NCBI GenBank assembly: GCA_963716175.1 | Contig: OY970296.1 | Location: 96,001 to 160,000 of the forward strand | Direction: 5' to 3' | Length of the DNA stretch: 64,000 bases | Origin: an uncultured Armatimonadetes bacterium | Lineage (GTDB): Bacteria > Armatimonadota > Hebobacteria > Hebobacterales > Hebobacteraceae | Shown: piece by piece, positions 10,549 through 20,609 of the stretch | Layout: each line of letters opens with the position of its first letter | How positions within the stretch are numbered: position 1 is the stretch's first letter | Program-made: the position numbers and the translations under genes | The notes under the pieces: generated by a model | What the model saw: only the letters and a program-made list of their open reading frames with translations | What the model was told of the DNA's origin: nothing | The model's database searches: none

Positions 10549-10785
10549 CTACTGACTGGGATCCTGCCCAGGCCCTCGCCGAGCCCAGGTCCGCTCGGTG
10601 TCGGCGAGGCCGGCCTTGCGCGGGGGCTCGTAGTACTCCGGGGTGAGCGTCTTGCTCTTCACCTGGCCGACGTTCTTCTCGAACAGCTCCACGTACTCCA
10701 GACAGGCCGGGCCCTTCGCTCCCTTCACCTCAACCGTCACCCGGCCCTGCTGGTCGATCACGATCTCGAGTTCATGTCGCTCCAC
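10549..10785 (-). CDS. DUF2997 family small protein
   Basis: ELEIVIDQQGRVTVEVKGAKGPACLEY...TPEYY; usual partner of Ycf46 and DUF1257. Confidence 0.8.
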   Translation of the reverse strand: MERHELEIVIDQQGRVTVEVKGAKGPACLEYVELFEKNVGQVKSKTLTPEYYEPPRKAGLADTERTWARRGPGQDPSQ

Positions 10786-10793
10786 GGTCAGCC

Positions 10794-11585
10794 CTAACCC
10801 TTCCCCCGCAGCCACCTGAGGACACGCCGAACCGGGCCCACGCGGTCCAGCTCTGCAAGCTGCGCCTTGGCGTGCTTGCAGTGCGCGTCCGCCTCCAATG
10901 CCCGCCTGTACGCGAGCGTGGCCGCCCCCAGTTCGCCCATGCGCTGGTGACTGTCCCCGAGCGCGCACCAGGCCACGGCGTTGCTCCGCTCCAGGCCGGT
11001 GGCGGCAGCGAGGCGTCTTCGCGCCTCTTCGTACAGGCCCTTTCGAAGCAGCACCATGCCGACGAGATAGTGGGTGTACCAGTCGCTGCCCCCCAGCTCG
11101 ATCGCCTTGGCGAAGCAGCGGTCGGCTCCCTGGCGCGATCCCGCGCCATTCAGCAGCAGCTCGCCGCGGACTAACCAGGGGTAATGCCCAACGGCGCGCC
11201 CCTTCACCTGGAGGGCGGCGTCCGAGTACTCCATGGCGCGGGCGAAGCCGCGGGTGCGGCTGAGCGCCAGCGCCTTGGCCGCGAGCAGGTCCGGTGAGTC
11301 CGGGAAGCGTTCCAGACCGCGCTCGGCCCAGATGTTCGCCTCGACGTTCTCGTCCAGTTCCAGCAAACACCGCACCTGCCCCACCCAGGCCTCCTCAAGA
11401 CCGATGGCGAAGCGAAGCGCGCGTGAATACCACTGGAGCGCGCTCTCGCACTCCCCCTTCCGGAGGTACTGGTCGGCCTTCGCCAGGCACTGGGACTCGT
11501 CCAGGTCCCCGCCCTCTGGCGCCCGCGGCCTGGCTTGGCTGTTCCCCTCCGATTCGTCTATCTCGAGCCAACGAAATCGACTCAT
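10794..11585 (-). CDS. Tetratricopeptide repeat protein
   Basis: Repeated helical TPR patterns (A..WYSRAL, AWCALGDSHQRMGE..AA..AYRRAL). Confidence 0.8.
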   Translation of the reverse strand: MSRFRWLEIDESEGNSQARPRAPEGGDLDESQCLAKADQYLRKGECESALQWYSRALRFAIGLEEAWVGQVRCLLELDENVEANIWAERGLERFPDSPDLLAAKALALSRTRGFARAMEYSDAALQVKGRAVGHYPWLVRGELLLNGAGSRQGADRCFAKAIELGGSDWYTHYLVGMVLLRKGLYEEARRRLAAATGLERSNAVAWCALGDSHQRMGELGAATLAYRRALEADAHCKHAKAQLAELDRVGPVRRVLRWLRGKG

Positions 11586-11588
11586 GGT

Positions 11589-12074
11589 CTAGCCGAACCG
11601 CCTCACCGAGATGCGAATGTTGTTGTTCTCGTCGACATGTTCATCCACGACTGTGAAGCCCTTGCTGGTGAGTTCGCTCTTGACCTTCTCACAGGCGAAC
11701 TGCTGGCGGACGCGGTTCAGCAGTTGCTGGCCGATGGCCGCCAGCTCTTCTCTGCTCCGCTCTCCGTGCACGTGCAAGCGGAGTGCCCCGCGCGCGTCCT
11801 TGCTGAAGGTCGCGACCACGCCGTCCTTCTCAAACCGGAGGCTCTGCTCTCGCGCCAGAGCGTCACCGATCACCTGGGAGTTCCCCATCTCGAGTTCGAT
11901 CTCGCGGGAAACCGGCTGGGCGGCCGCGGCCTCCCGCTCAACCCCGATCATACCGCGTTCCTCGGCCGCCCTGTGCGCGGTGTAGCCGATGCCGGCGCAG
12001 ACAGCGCCAATGAGGCTGGCGATCACCGGCCACCCAGCCGTGACTGCTGGCACCACCACAAAGACGACAGACAT
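11589..12074 (-). CDS. DUF1257 (Ycf35-like) protein with hydrophobic N-terminus
   Basis: C-terminal LLNRVRQQFA..KVKSELTSKGFTVVDEHVDENNNIRISVRR; adjacent to Ycf46-type ATPase. Confidence 0.7.
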   Translation of the reverse strand: MSVVFVVVPAVTAGWPVIASLIGAVCAGIGYTAHRAAEERGMIGVEREAAAAQPVSREIELEMGNSQVIGDALAREQSLRFEKDGVVATFSKDARGALRLHVHGERSREELAAIGQQLLNRVRQQFACEKVKSELTSKGFTVVDEHVDENNNIRISVRRFG

Positions 12075-12083
12075 AGCCCCTCC

Positions 12084-13676
12084 CTAGAGTTCAATCCGCC
12101 GGCCCACCATGGTGGGCACGGCCTCCGCGGCTTCGCTCGAAGCCTTCCTCGCTCTTCCCTCCGCCCACTCGCGCAGACCGTCAATGTCCTCTTTCATGGT
12201 GGTGGAGAGCGGGACCGTCGCGCGAATCGCTCTCAGCACAGATTCGCTGGAAAGCTCGGCCTGGGCGTCGAACACATCATAGAGCGCCGATACCACGGCC
12301 TCCTCGATTTCCGCGCCGCTGAACCCCTCGCTTGCCGCGGCGAGCGCGTCAAGGTCGAACTGGGCCGGGTCCCGGTTCCGCCGGCGCAGATGAATGCCAG
12401 CAATGCTGGCGCGTTCCGCGCGCGTCGGCAGGTCGACGAAGAAGATCTCGTCCAACCGACCTTTCCGCAGCAGCTCGGCGGGCATGAGCTGGATGTTGTT
12501 TGCGGTGGCGATCACGAACACGGGAGCGGTCTTCTCCTGCAACCAGGTGAGGAAGGTGCCGAAGACCCGGGCGCTGGTGCCGGCGTCGCTGAATGTGGAA
12601 CTCTGCGTTCCGGCAAAGGCCTTTTCGATCTCGTCCACCCAGAGGATGCAGGGCGCGACCGACTCGGCCACCTTGATCGCTTCCCGGATGTTGCGCTCCG
12701 ACGAGCCCACCAGGTCGCTGAAGACCTTGCCCACGTCCAGCCGCAGCAGAGGCAGGCGCCAAAAGCTGGAGACGGCCTTCGCGCACAGGCTCTTGCCGCA
12801 GCCCTGGACGCCGAGGAGCAGGACGCCCTTGGGAGCCGGAAGCCCGAACTCCTTGGCCTTGTCGCCGAAGGCGTGGCTGCGCTTGCGGAGCCAGTCCTTC
12901 AGCAGGTCGAGCCCACCGACATCATCGAACCGCTCCCGCGTTCGCTGGTACTCGAGCATGCCGCTCTTGCGGATCGCCTGCTCCTTCTCCGACAGGATCA
13001 GCGGGATCTCTTCTTCGGTCAGTTTGCGCGCCACGACTAAGGTCTTGGCGAAGACATTCTCCGCCTCGTTCAGGGTCAGGCCTTTAGCGGCGTAGAGGAT
13101 GCGTTCCTTCGACTGCGGATCGACTCGGATGTCAAGCTTGCTGCTCTCTCTCAGTTCGCGGACCCTCGTGTCGAGCAGCTTCTCCAGGTCGCCCACGTCC
13201 GGCAGCTCGAAGTCGATGACCGTGATGTCCTTCTGCAGTTCAAACGGGAGCTTCAGCGTCGGCGAGACGAGCACGACCGTCTTGTAGCTGGCCTTGATCG
13301 CCGACGCCACATCTCTGAGCTTGCGCGCCACTCCCGGGTCATTGAGGTAAGGGTGCAAATCGCGCAGGACGAAGATTGCCGGCTCAACATGATCTTGTAT
13401 CGTGTTGAGTGCCACCAGCGGATCCCGGGTGCGCTCGTCAGTCTGCTTCCGGACGGGGCGATTGGCTTCCGGCTGCGCCGGCTTCTCCTCGGTCGTGGCG
13501 GCGTGGCGCTGCACCATCCCCATGCTCGATGACCAGACGAACAGCTTCTTATTGCGTTCCCGCGCGATGTCGCGCAGCACCTCTTCGACGCGTTCCTCCT
13601 CCCACGAAACGATGTAGAGGATGGGATAGCGGGCGCGTATGAGCACATCTATCTCGGTGATCTGCTCCTGTTTCAT
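12084..13676 (-). CDS. Ycf46-family AAA+ ATPase
   Basis: [18 protein letters not shown]; [11 protein letters not shown]; Walker A GVQGCGKS; Walker [10 protein letters not shown]; [19 protein letters not shown]. Confidence 0.9.
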   Translation of the reverse strand: MKQEQITEIDVLIRARYPILYIVSWEEERVEEVLRDIARERNKKLFVWSSSMGMVQRHAATTEEKPAQPEANRPVRKQTDERTRDPLVALNTIQDHVEPAIFVLRDLHPYLNDPGVARKLRDVASAIKASYKTVVLVSPTLKLPFELQKDITVIDFELPDVGDLEKLLDTRVRELRESSKLDIRVDPQSKERILYAAKGLTLNEAENVFAKTLVVARKLTEEEIPLILSEKEQAIRKSGMLEYQRTRERFDDVGGLDLLKDWLRKRSHAFGDKAKEFGLPAPKGVLLLGVQGCGKSLCAKAVSSFWRLPLLRLDVGKVFSDLVGSSERNIREAIKVAESVAPCILWVDEIEKAFAGTQSSTFSDAGTSARVFGTFLTWLQEKTAPVFVIATANNIQLMPAELLRKGRLDEIFFVDLPTRAERASIAGIHLRRRNRDPAQFDLDALAAASEGFSGAEIEEAVVSALYDVFDAQAELSSESVLRAIRATVPLSTTMKEDIDGLREWAEGRARKASSEAAEAVPTMVGRRIEL

Positions 13677-13864
13677 TGTCGCTTCTCTTCCCTCCGGCAA
13701 CCCAGCCGCTTCACCAGCGCCTTCACTCTCTGATCCTGTGGTGCAAGCGCTTCCGCCAGCTCCACGCTGTCTCGCGTGACGGTCCTGAGTACCACGCGCC
13801 CATCCTCCCCGATCACGATCTCGAGGGGCTGTGGCACCTTCGGACCCGATGGGCCTTTCCTCAC
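13673..13864 (-). CDS. 63-aa hypothetical protein coupled between the radical SAM and AAA+ genes
   Basis: GTG start overlaps the radical SAM stop and its stop overlaps the ATPase ATG; LEIVIGEDGRVVL resembles the DUF2997 N-terminus. Confidence 0.6.
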   Translation of the reverse strand: MRKGPSGPKVPQPLEIVIGEDGRVVLRTVTRDSVELAEALAPQDQRVKALVKRLGCRREEKRQ

Positions 13865-14736
13865 TCGACGAGCTCCAGGCCAAGATCGAGAGCCAGTCGC
13901 TGTGCCTCCAACGACTCGGACTCCGCCAGATACCGGCCAGTTCCATAGCTTTGACGCGATTCGGGGGGCAGGAAGTTCGTCATCAGGTGGACCGGAGCCC
14001 CGGGCAGCTCCCGCGCCAGCCACTGTAGCGCCGGCGCGGTGCAGCAGCGCAGGTGCCCGGGCAGCACCAGATGGCGCACGACCAGACTGCCTGCCAGTGC
14101 AGCCCACTTGAGGTTGCGCCCAACGACATTCAGGTACCGGTCGGCCCCCGCGATCTCACGGGCGCAATCGTCGCACCCGAAGTGCAGGTCCGCGATGTAG
14201 ACATCCATGATGCTCTCGAGCAGTCCCGCTGTAGCTTCAGTGAAGTAGAAGTTGGAGTTCCACACCATGGGGAGGTCCCTCGGTAGAGCACTGACAAGGC
14301 CCAATGCAGTGTGGAGATGGACCGCTGGCTCCCCGCCGATGAAGCTGAAGGAGACGGGTGACGTATCGGACTGAGCGACTCGAACTGCCACGGCACGGGG
14401 GTCCAGCACACTATGTGACTGGGGACTGCCGTTGGCTTCGGCGGCGTAGCAGAAATCGCACCTGAGGTTGCAGCCAGCGAAGAACACGGCGTAGGTTGGG
14501 GTAATGAACTCCTCTTCCCCCCAGAGCAACCCTTCCAGGTAGGTATGCGAGTCACTGCCGCACCGGCATGCCCCCGTCTCGCCGCGGCTGCGGTTCACGC
14601 GGCACAGGCGCTCGCAGAACGCGCAGCGGCACAGCATCTGCTCTGCTGCCGCAATCTTGCCTGGCAGCAGGCCGACGTCGCGCCCCAATGACGTAGGCCG
14701 CAGGACCCGACCTCCTGCGTTGCTCAACCGGCCCAC
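13861..14736 (-). CDS. PflX-like radical SAM protein
   Basis: CAFCERLCRVNR..GETGAC, FFAGCNLRCDFC (CxxxCxxC), GGEP, WNSNFY, VVRHLVLPGH; GGAGG before GTG 14736. Confidence 0.85.
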   Translation of the reverse strand: MGRLSNAGGRVLRPTSLGRDVGLLPGKIAAAEQMLCRCAFCERLCRVNRSRGETGACRCGSDSHTYLEGLLWGEEEFITPTYAVFFAGCNLRCDFCYAAEANGSPQSHSVLDPRAVAVRVAQSDTSPVSFSFIGGEPAVHLHTALGLVSALPRDLPMVWNSNFYFTEATAGLLESIMDVYIADLHFGCDDCAREIAGADRYLNVVGRNLKWAALAGSLVVRHLVLPGHLRCCTAPALQWLARELPGAPVHLMTNFLPPESRQSYGTGRYLAESESLEAQRLALDLGLELVE

Positions 14737-14759
14737 CGTAGCCGCTCCCTCCAAAGCAT

Positions 14760-15262
14760 GGCACGTGGCGCTGATTGCACCAGGCCGATTTTACGCCAGG
14801 TACATCCGGGCGTCAATCAAGCTTCGGATCGGCCCAGCCGATCCGCGATCGCGGACGGATGGCGCGGACCAACAGGCGCAACAGCTGGTCGAGAAGCTGA
14901 TCCAGGCCTACCTGCCGCACCGCACCAAGACCCAGAGCCGCCACCTGTTCGTGAGCGCCTGGAAAGGCCGTCCCATCCACGGCCGCTGCATCAACCGGAT
15001 GCTGAAGATCGTCATCCAGAAGGCCGGCCTGGCTGGGCAGGGGATCACCCCGCACAAGCTCCGCCACACCTTCGCCACCCACCTCATCCGCAATGGAGTT
15101 GACATCCGCACCGTCCAGGAGCTGCCGGGGCACTCCGAGCTCGAGACCACGGCCAAGTACCTGCACTCAGATGCCAAGACGAAGCAGGCGGCCGTGGGCA
15201 GGCTGAATGGGCTGCTGGGAAATGCTGCGCCATGCAAACCCGCGGAATACCCGCAGAGCTGA
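14760..15262 (+). pseudogene. N-terminally truncated tyrosine recombinase (XerC/D-like)
   Basis: TPHKLRHTFATHL..NGVDIRTVQELPGH..LETTAKY; first catalytic Arg box and N-terminal domain absent; LGH motif altered to PGH. Confidence 0.8.
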
Positions 15263-16349
15263 CCCAGGGCAAAGCCAGCAGAGCCGCGAGCCGCGACACC
15301 GCCGTTGCTCGGGCATCCCGTGTCTGCTACACTGCGGCACAGGTTGGTGGTATCCACGGGGGGCAGGTGTGCAAGATCCGAGCGGTGCAACAGATCCCGA
15401 CGGAGCGAAGAACGGGGTGCCCAGGGCGGTGACTGGGAACCTTGATGACTGGATGCAGGCCACACTGGGTTGGGTATCTGCAGTGCTGGAGGCGAATCCC
15501 CCTGGCACTGGGGCGCAGGAACTGCGACGATTAGCGCTGACGACTCTGGACGACCCACTCCATGTGCAGTCTGCGCGCCTCCATCGGCCGGTTCAGGCCT
15601 TCGTAGACCGCCAGCTCGATCGAGCTACCCATGAGATCGCAGCGACACGGGTGGAGCGGGGAGCAGTGATCTGGAAGCTCGACAACGATGGGTTCGTCGT
15701 GAAGACGCGGCATCACACCTACGGGTTCGATGTCAGCGACCCCGCCGAATCCACGACTGCGACTGCGGAGCGCAGAGCAACTCAGCTTGCGGAGCCGCTG
15801 GACGCGTCGTTCACCACTCACCGGCATGGCGATCATCTGAACCCTGCGCTCATGCAGAAGATGGTGGCGCGCGGGAAGCCGGTCGTGATCCCCGCCAATC
15901 TGTGGAGCGACGACGTGAGGGGGAGGGGCATGCTCCGTGTCGGCGGTGGAGAGAAGCGGAGCGTGGCCGGGATGTCGTGTGAGGTGTTCCCAGGACACCA
16001 GGCTGACGTGCCCAACAACGTGTACCTGATCACGGCCGACGGCCTGTCGATCATGCATGCTGGCGATCAGTTCCACGAGGCCGATTTCCCCGCCTGGATT
16101 GATCATCTCGGGGAGAGCAGGCAGGTTGATGTGCTCCTAGTCAGTTGCTGGGCACTGGATCTGCCCAGAATGGCGCAGGGCATCAGACCGGAGCTCATCA
16201 TCACCGGGCATGAGAATGAGCTATGGCACCCGGTACGGGAGCGGGAGAGCTTCGGGGACACATACGGGAGGCTGAGCGCCGTGCACTGTCCGAGCGTGGT
16301 GATGACGTGGGGAGAGAAGTTCACGTACAACAGGGCAGGGAAGCTGTAG
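15207..16349 (+). CDS. MBL-fold metallo-hydrolase (UlaG-like); start codon uncertain
   Basis: IWKLDNDGFVVKT, THRHGDHL, IMHAGDQ, IITGHENEL. Confidence 0.7.
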   Translation: MGCWEMLRHANPRNTRRADPGQSQQSREPRHRRCSGIPCLLHCGTGWWYPRGAGVQDPSGATDPDGAKNGVPRAVTGNLDDWMQATLGWVSAVLEANPPGTGAQELRRLALTTLDDPLHVQSARLHRPVQAFVDRQLDRATHEIAATRVERGAVIWKLDNDGFVVKTRHHTYGFDVSDPAESTTATAERRATQLAEPLDASFTTHRHGDHLNPALMQKMVARGKPVVIPANLWSDDVRGRGMLRVGGGEKRSVAGMSCEVFPGHQADVPNNVYLITADGLSIMHAGDQFHEADFPAWIDHLGESRQVDVLLVSCWALDLPRMAQGIRPELIITGHENELWHPVRERESFGDTYGRLSAVHCPSVVMTWGEKFTYNRAGKL

Positions 16350-16670
16350 CTGTCAGGCGGTGATCCAGGCTACCTTATCCGCGGGGCGAGCTCGCCCGGT
16401 AAGTTGAGTTGGGCCGCGCGTCAACCTTACAGCGTGGCGCGCGAACGGCACCTCTGGGCTCAGTGCGGAACGGTCTCCTCAGCCCTTGAGACCCGCAGTT
16501 CGCCCTCTCCTGCTCCGCAGTGGGCCGACGCCGGCGCCCATGAGACCACTGGCACCGCTCTCGCCAACCCAGTAGCAGGCCGCGAGGCGTCTACGGGTCA
16601 TCCTGGCACCCGCGACGGGTTGTGGGACCCCACGGGCTCCGCAGGAGAGAGGCGACCAGCCCCTCACCTC

Positions 16671-16698
16671 TTGACACCACCGCCCTGGGGGTTATGCT
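16671..16698 (+). promoter_or_regulatory. sigma70-like promoter of prepilin-like gene 1
   Basis: TTGACA-N16-TATGCT. Confidence 0.55.
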
Positions 16699-16797
16699 GT
16701 GTCTGCTTAGTAAAGGAAGGCCAGGGGCTGCGTATGAGCATCGGCTGCAGCTTCGCTGTAGCTCCAGCGCCTTGCCCCGGAGGTTTGGCTTGATCCA

Positions 16798-16827
16798 GAG
16801 GCGCGCCTATAGGCGCGCCTCCTTTCA
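16798..16827 (+). terminator. Leader hairpin with pyrimidine tract (possible attenuator)
   Basis: GAGGCGCGCC-TATA-GGCGCGCCTC followed by CTTTC, between the promoter and the start codon. Confidence 0.5.
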
Positions 16828-16951
16828 TTGGCCCCGTGCAGGGCGGTGGGCGCACCCGCCTGAAAGGAGGTGAGGAAGAGAGAGCGCGCTCGACACGAGG
16901 TGTTAGGTTGGTCAGTCTGCTTCTGAGATCACATGAGGAGGGAAGCCAACT

Positions 16952-17957
16952 GTGACCAGAGCAAGAGGCAAAGGCTTTACCCTGATTGAGTTGTTGGTCG
17001 TGATCGCGATCATTGCGATCCTGGCGGCGATGCTGTTCCCGGTTTTCGCACGCGCGGGAATCGGCCCGCAAGATCCAGTGCCTCTCCAATGTGAAGAACG
17101 TCGCCATCGCGGTCCAGATGTACCTGACGGACTATGACCGGTTCCCGCCCTGTGAGCATAATCCGGAGGCGGACGCGTACTTCCAGACCGCTCCTGGCGG
17201 GGGAACCGATGCGCCCAACGACTGCTGCAACCGCAAGCCCCAGGCCAACCCCTTCCTGCGCTGGCCGGTGATCATGGACGAATACACCAAGAACCGCGAT
17301 GTCTACCGCTGCCCCAGCGCCCAGCGCGCCATCGTGGCAAGGTGGATCGTGCCCAACTACGGCCGCGGCTACCTGGACTATCTCAAGCAGAGCGAGGGTC
17401 ACTGGGGCCGGAACGATCCCGACTGTGGCGGAGGACCCTGTTGTCTGGCTTTCCCCACGGGCTGGGGAGGCTCGGTCACTGATTCCATCGCACAGCACAA
17501 GGAGTCTGGCACAGACACCGGGGCCGTGGAAACCACCATCTGCTTCGCCGAGAACGCTTTGACCAACTCCAAGGAGTCACAGATCACCGACCCGGCATAC
17601 TGCGTTGTTGCCGGTGACTCCTCGATCTACGCCAATATCCTCGGCGTAGACGACATGATGTACAACCTCTGCGGCCTGAGCTGCGGCAATGCTGACTGGG
17701 CGAACTGTCCGGAAACTCAGGACTGCGGACTCGACTTCCACTTGGTTGACAAGTGGGCGACAGACCCGTCCTTCCGCGCCAAGTACACCCGGCACCTGGG
17801 CGGCGGCAATGTCGGTTTCGCCGACGGCCATGCCACCTGGTTCAACGCCGAAGCCCTGGCCGCGATCACGCCCTACTGCGACTGCGCCTGCCCGGTCCAG
17901 CATTTCATCACCGAGGGCCGGCCCATCCGCGGTCTCTGCCCCTACGGACTCGGCTAG
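16952..17957 (+). pseudogene. Prepilin-type cleavage/methylation + DUF1559 + H-X9-DG protein (paralog 1), frameshifted near 17053
   Basis: [29 protein letters not shown], then [11 protein letters not shown] in another frame (2 nt missing from a GC repeat); RHLGGGNVGFADGHA. Confidence 0.85.
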
Positions 17958-17980
17958 GACTGAGCAGAACCCCAACAGGA

Positions 17981-18006
17981 GGCGGAGCGCCTTCGGGCGC
18001 TCCGCC
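17981..18006 (+). terminator. 3' hairpin after prepilin-like gene 1
   Basis: GGCGGAGCGCC-TTCG-GGCGCTCCGCC; no clear U tract. Confidence 0.55.
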
Positions 18007-18290
18007 CACTGCCCTGATGGGTCGCGAACGACATCTATGTGTGGCTGCTAAGCGCCCATGGGACCGGTCTGAGAGGCGGAGGCGAATGCCAGGCCAGCAG
18101 TGGCCCAGACGCCAGACGGCGCCCCCCCAATCCCAACTAGGCATATGTGGGATCCGGGTATCAGCGCGTCCTTGCCCATCCACTCCCCGCGGCTTCGGGC
18201 GGACAGGCGCGCTTGCGTGATCATCTGATCGAGATCGCGGCGCTTGCGTTCGAGTTCGAGTGGGAGCTTTCCCATGACCTACCAGAAGCC

Positions 18291-18316
18291 GGCGGAGCGC
18301 CCGAGGGCGCTCCGCC
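18291..18316 (-). terminator. 3' hairpin after prepilin-like gene 2, same stem as 17981-18006
   Basis: On the minus strand GGCGGAGCGCC-CTCG-GGCGCTCCGCC. Confidence 0.55.
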
Positions 18317-18353
18317 TCTCCATATGCGATACGTCACGACCAGCCGGAATCGG

Positions 18354-19316
18354 CTATTGCCAAGCATTCGGCAAACACTGGCAGTCCACACCGTCCAGGC
18401 CCGGGTGCTGGTTCTTCCAGTCCCCCGCGGCCGCGACCATGGCGTCGGCGGCCATCCACTGAGCGTGCCCATCGGCAAAGCCGATGTTGTTGCCGCCCAG
18501 GTGCCGCGTCCACTGGGAGCGCCAGGTGGGATCGGTCCAGAACCTACCGATGTCCGACTTCGCGATCGTGCATCCCCTGTCGTCGATAGCCCATCCCTCG
18601 TCGCAGTCGCCGCAGCCAGACTCCACGCGGCTGCCCCAGATCAGCCGGCAGCCCTCGGGGTAGGCGATCTGCTCGATCGCCCACCAGTCCCCCTGGATGC
18701 CCCGCTCGGCGACCACCAGGTACCTTGCCGGGTCGCCGATCTGACTCGTCTTCAGCTCGTAGTTCACGGTCTCGGAGGGCTGGATATCCAACTCCACTGC
18801 GCCGGTGTCCAGGGAGGCCGTGATCGGGCAGTCCGTGTTGATGGCGCGGCCGTCAGTGATGGTGCCGCCCCAGCCGTTCGGGAAGATGGTCTGGCACGCG
18901 CAGATCAATCCCTGCTGATACTCGGTCCACCAGTCCGTAAGGCCGGGAAGAACCCACAGGACGGTGCAGACGTTCCGGGCGCTGGGGCACCGGTAGACGT
19001 CCTTGTTCTTGATGTACTCATCGAAGATCACCGGCCAGCGCAGGTACGGATTGGCCAAGGTCTCGTAGCCGCTACAGCCGTCGAAATAGCTGGTGATCTC
19101 CGGCCGGTGCTCTTTGGGTGGGAAGCGGTCATAGTCCGAGAGGTACATCTGGATAGCCATGGCGATGTTCTTGACGTTCGACAGGCACTGGATCTTGCGC
19201 GCCGATTCGCGTGCGCGCGCAAAGACGGGGAACAGCATCGCTGCCAGAATCGCAATAATCGCGATCACCACCAACAACTCGATCAGCGTGAATCCTCTCC
19301 TTCTTCCTGTCATCAC
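18354..19316 (-). CDS. Prepilin-type cleavage/methylation + DUF1559 + H-X9-DG protein (paralog 2)
   Basis: [41 protein letters not shown]; RHLGGNNIGFADGHA. Confidence 0.9.
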   Translation of the reverse strand: MMTGRRRGFTLIELLVVIAIIAILAAMLFPVFARARESARKIQCLSNVKNIAMAIQMYLSDYDRFPPKEHRPEITSYFDGCSGYETLANPYLRWPVIFDEYIKNKDVYRCPSARNVCTVLWVLPGLTDWWTEYQQGLICACQTIFPNGWGGTITDGRAINTDCPITASLDTGAVELDIQPSETVNYELKTSQIGDPARYLVVAERGIQGDWWAIEQIAYPEGCRLIWGSRVESGCGDCDEGWAIDDRGCTIAKSDIGRFWTDPTWRSQWTRHLGGNNIGFADGHAQWMAADAMVAAAGDWKNQHPGLDGVDCQCLPNAWQ

Positions 19317-19449
19317 ACTCCTCCCTGCAAAAGGTCTCGTACCTGCCCGGCCAGGTCAGACGATCAAGGCCAATCCTCTCCTCTCCCTGCTACACCTCCT
19401 CCCGGCTCATCGCTATGTCTCGTGAGCAGATGCGGTTTCGTCCGGCCAT

Positions 19450-19476
19450 GCAAAAAGGCGCGCTCACGCGCGCCTT
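19450..19476 (-). terminator. Leader hairpin with U tract upstream of prepilin-like gene 2
   Basis: Minus strand AAGGCGCGC-GTGA-GCGCGCCTTTTTG. Confidence 0.55.
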
Positions 19477-19564
19477 CTTCTGCCAAAGAGGCCCTGGCAA
19501 ACGCAACCAGCAAGGCCGCCGACTCACCCATGGGCCGCCAACCTGCCTGCATCAGGCCAGGCTC

Positions 19565-19593
19565 ACGCTACTACGTGCACCCGCACCTGTCAA
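19565..19593 (-). promoter_or_regulatory. sigma70-like promoter of prepilin-like gene 2
   Basis: Minus strand TTGACA-N17-TAGCGT. Confidence 0.5.
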
Positions 19594-19866
19594 GACCGAT
19601 TCGCTTGCCCAAGCCCCTACCGCCTGCCGCGAAACCCCTGGGGCCAGTTCAGGAATCAGGCCGCGGGCGCGGTCAAACGGGCGTAGAACCGCCGTTACAC
19701 TGCCCATGACGTCCTCGGCGAGGGCGTCTGATTCTGTGCTGCGGGGTGCGCTTCTCAGGCGAGACCGTCGCGGAGGCCGCGGGCGGGACGACCCAGAATG
19801 ATGGCCGTGGTCGCGGGCTGCGCCGACGGCAGTGAGCGCAGTCTTGAAGGAGGCGCAGGGAGTGGG

Positions 19867-20160
19867 CTACGCCGCGTTCGCGAAGCGGAAGGCAATGACG
19901 CGAGTCTCGGGGAAGAGGCGGCGCTCGATGTGATCGGGAACGGCCTTCGCCGTCCGCTCCGGCTTCTACCAGTGCTGTCCGGCGTGGATGCGCTCTGGCA
20001 CCGCGCCCTCCAAGGTCGTGCGCGGCCTCCAAGGGGTTGTAGTAGCAGGCGAAGTCAGCCAACAGCACCTCCAGGTGATCCAGCCCCCTGATCACCGGTA
20101 CGCGCCGCAGCCACTCGTACTTCAGCGTCCGGATGACCCGTTCGGTCAATCGGAGGTACG
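19867..20160 (-). pseudogene. C-terminal remnant of an integrase-core transposase
   Basis: TERVIRTLKYEWL...LADFACYYN followed by a frameshift and a stop; ends ..FRFANAA*. Confidence 0.7.
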
Positions 20161-20357
20161 TGAGGTTAGGCACGCTGGCTATCAGCCCCTTGCAGGAACC
20201 CGCTGGGTTGCTCCTATCGACGACAGCGGCATCTGCTGCGCCAGAGCCGAATGAGTCCTCTGGAGCCAGTTAGCGGCGCCGATGGGTATTTGCGGAGCAC
20301 ACCTCCCGGCGGCGGCTTCCTGCCTGGACCACTCGATCTCCTCGCCGGATTTGGTGT

Positions 20358-20418
20358 AATCTACAATGATTCCTCGATTTCGTCCAATCGTGCACCACGG
20401 GCGATGTGCTACACTCGC
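20358..20418 (+). promoter_or_regulatory. Putative AraC-activated promoter (copy 1)
   Basis: CTACAAT (20361) and GTCCAAT (20382) 21 bp apart, then TGCTACACT extended -10; same layout at 22720-22780. Confidence 0.7.
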
Positions 20419-20609
20419 GCAGACGCCAAGGCCGGGAGCGCCTGGCCTGAAAGAGGCCGAGGGCTCGGCTTTGCCATGGCGGATCTGAGCGGAACCGAAC
20501 CACGAAGGAGAAGGGTGGTGAGAGTAGGTTCATCTGGTTCGCAGTGCCGAAATGAGCGCACTGCTGGTGATCAAGAGACTGACGGACTGGGAAAGGAACA
20601 GGCGGCACC

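Noticed and set aside
11535-13040. 501-aa plus-strand ORF and similar long ORFs (612-1877, 18147-19709, 45361-46950, 59490-60953, 61311-62954, 63017-63985)
   Set aside because: Antisense shadows of well-supported genes, expected in high-GC DNA, with no recognisable motifs.
18048-18275. 75-aa minus-strand ORF between the convergent prepilin-like genes
   Set aside because: No convincing RBS or motif; cannot be distinguished from a chance ORF.
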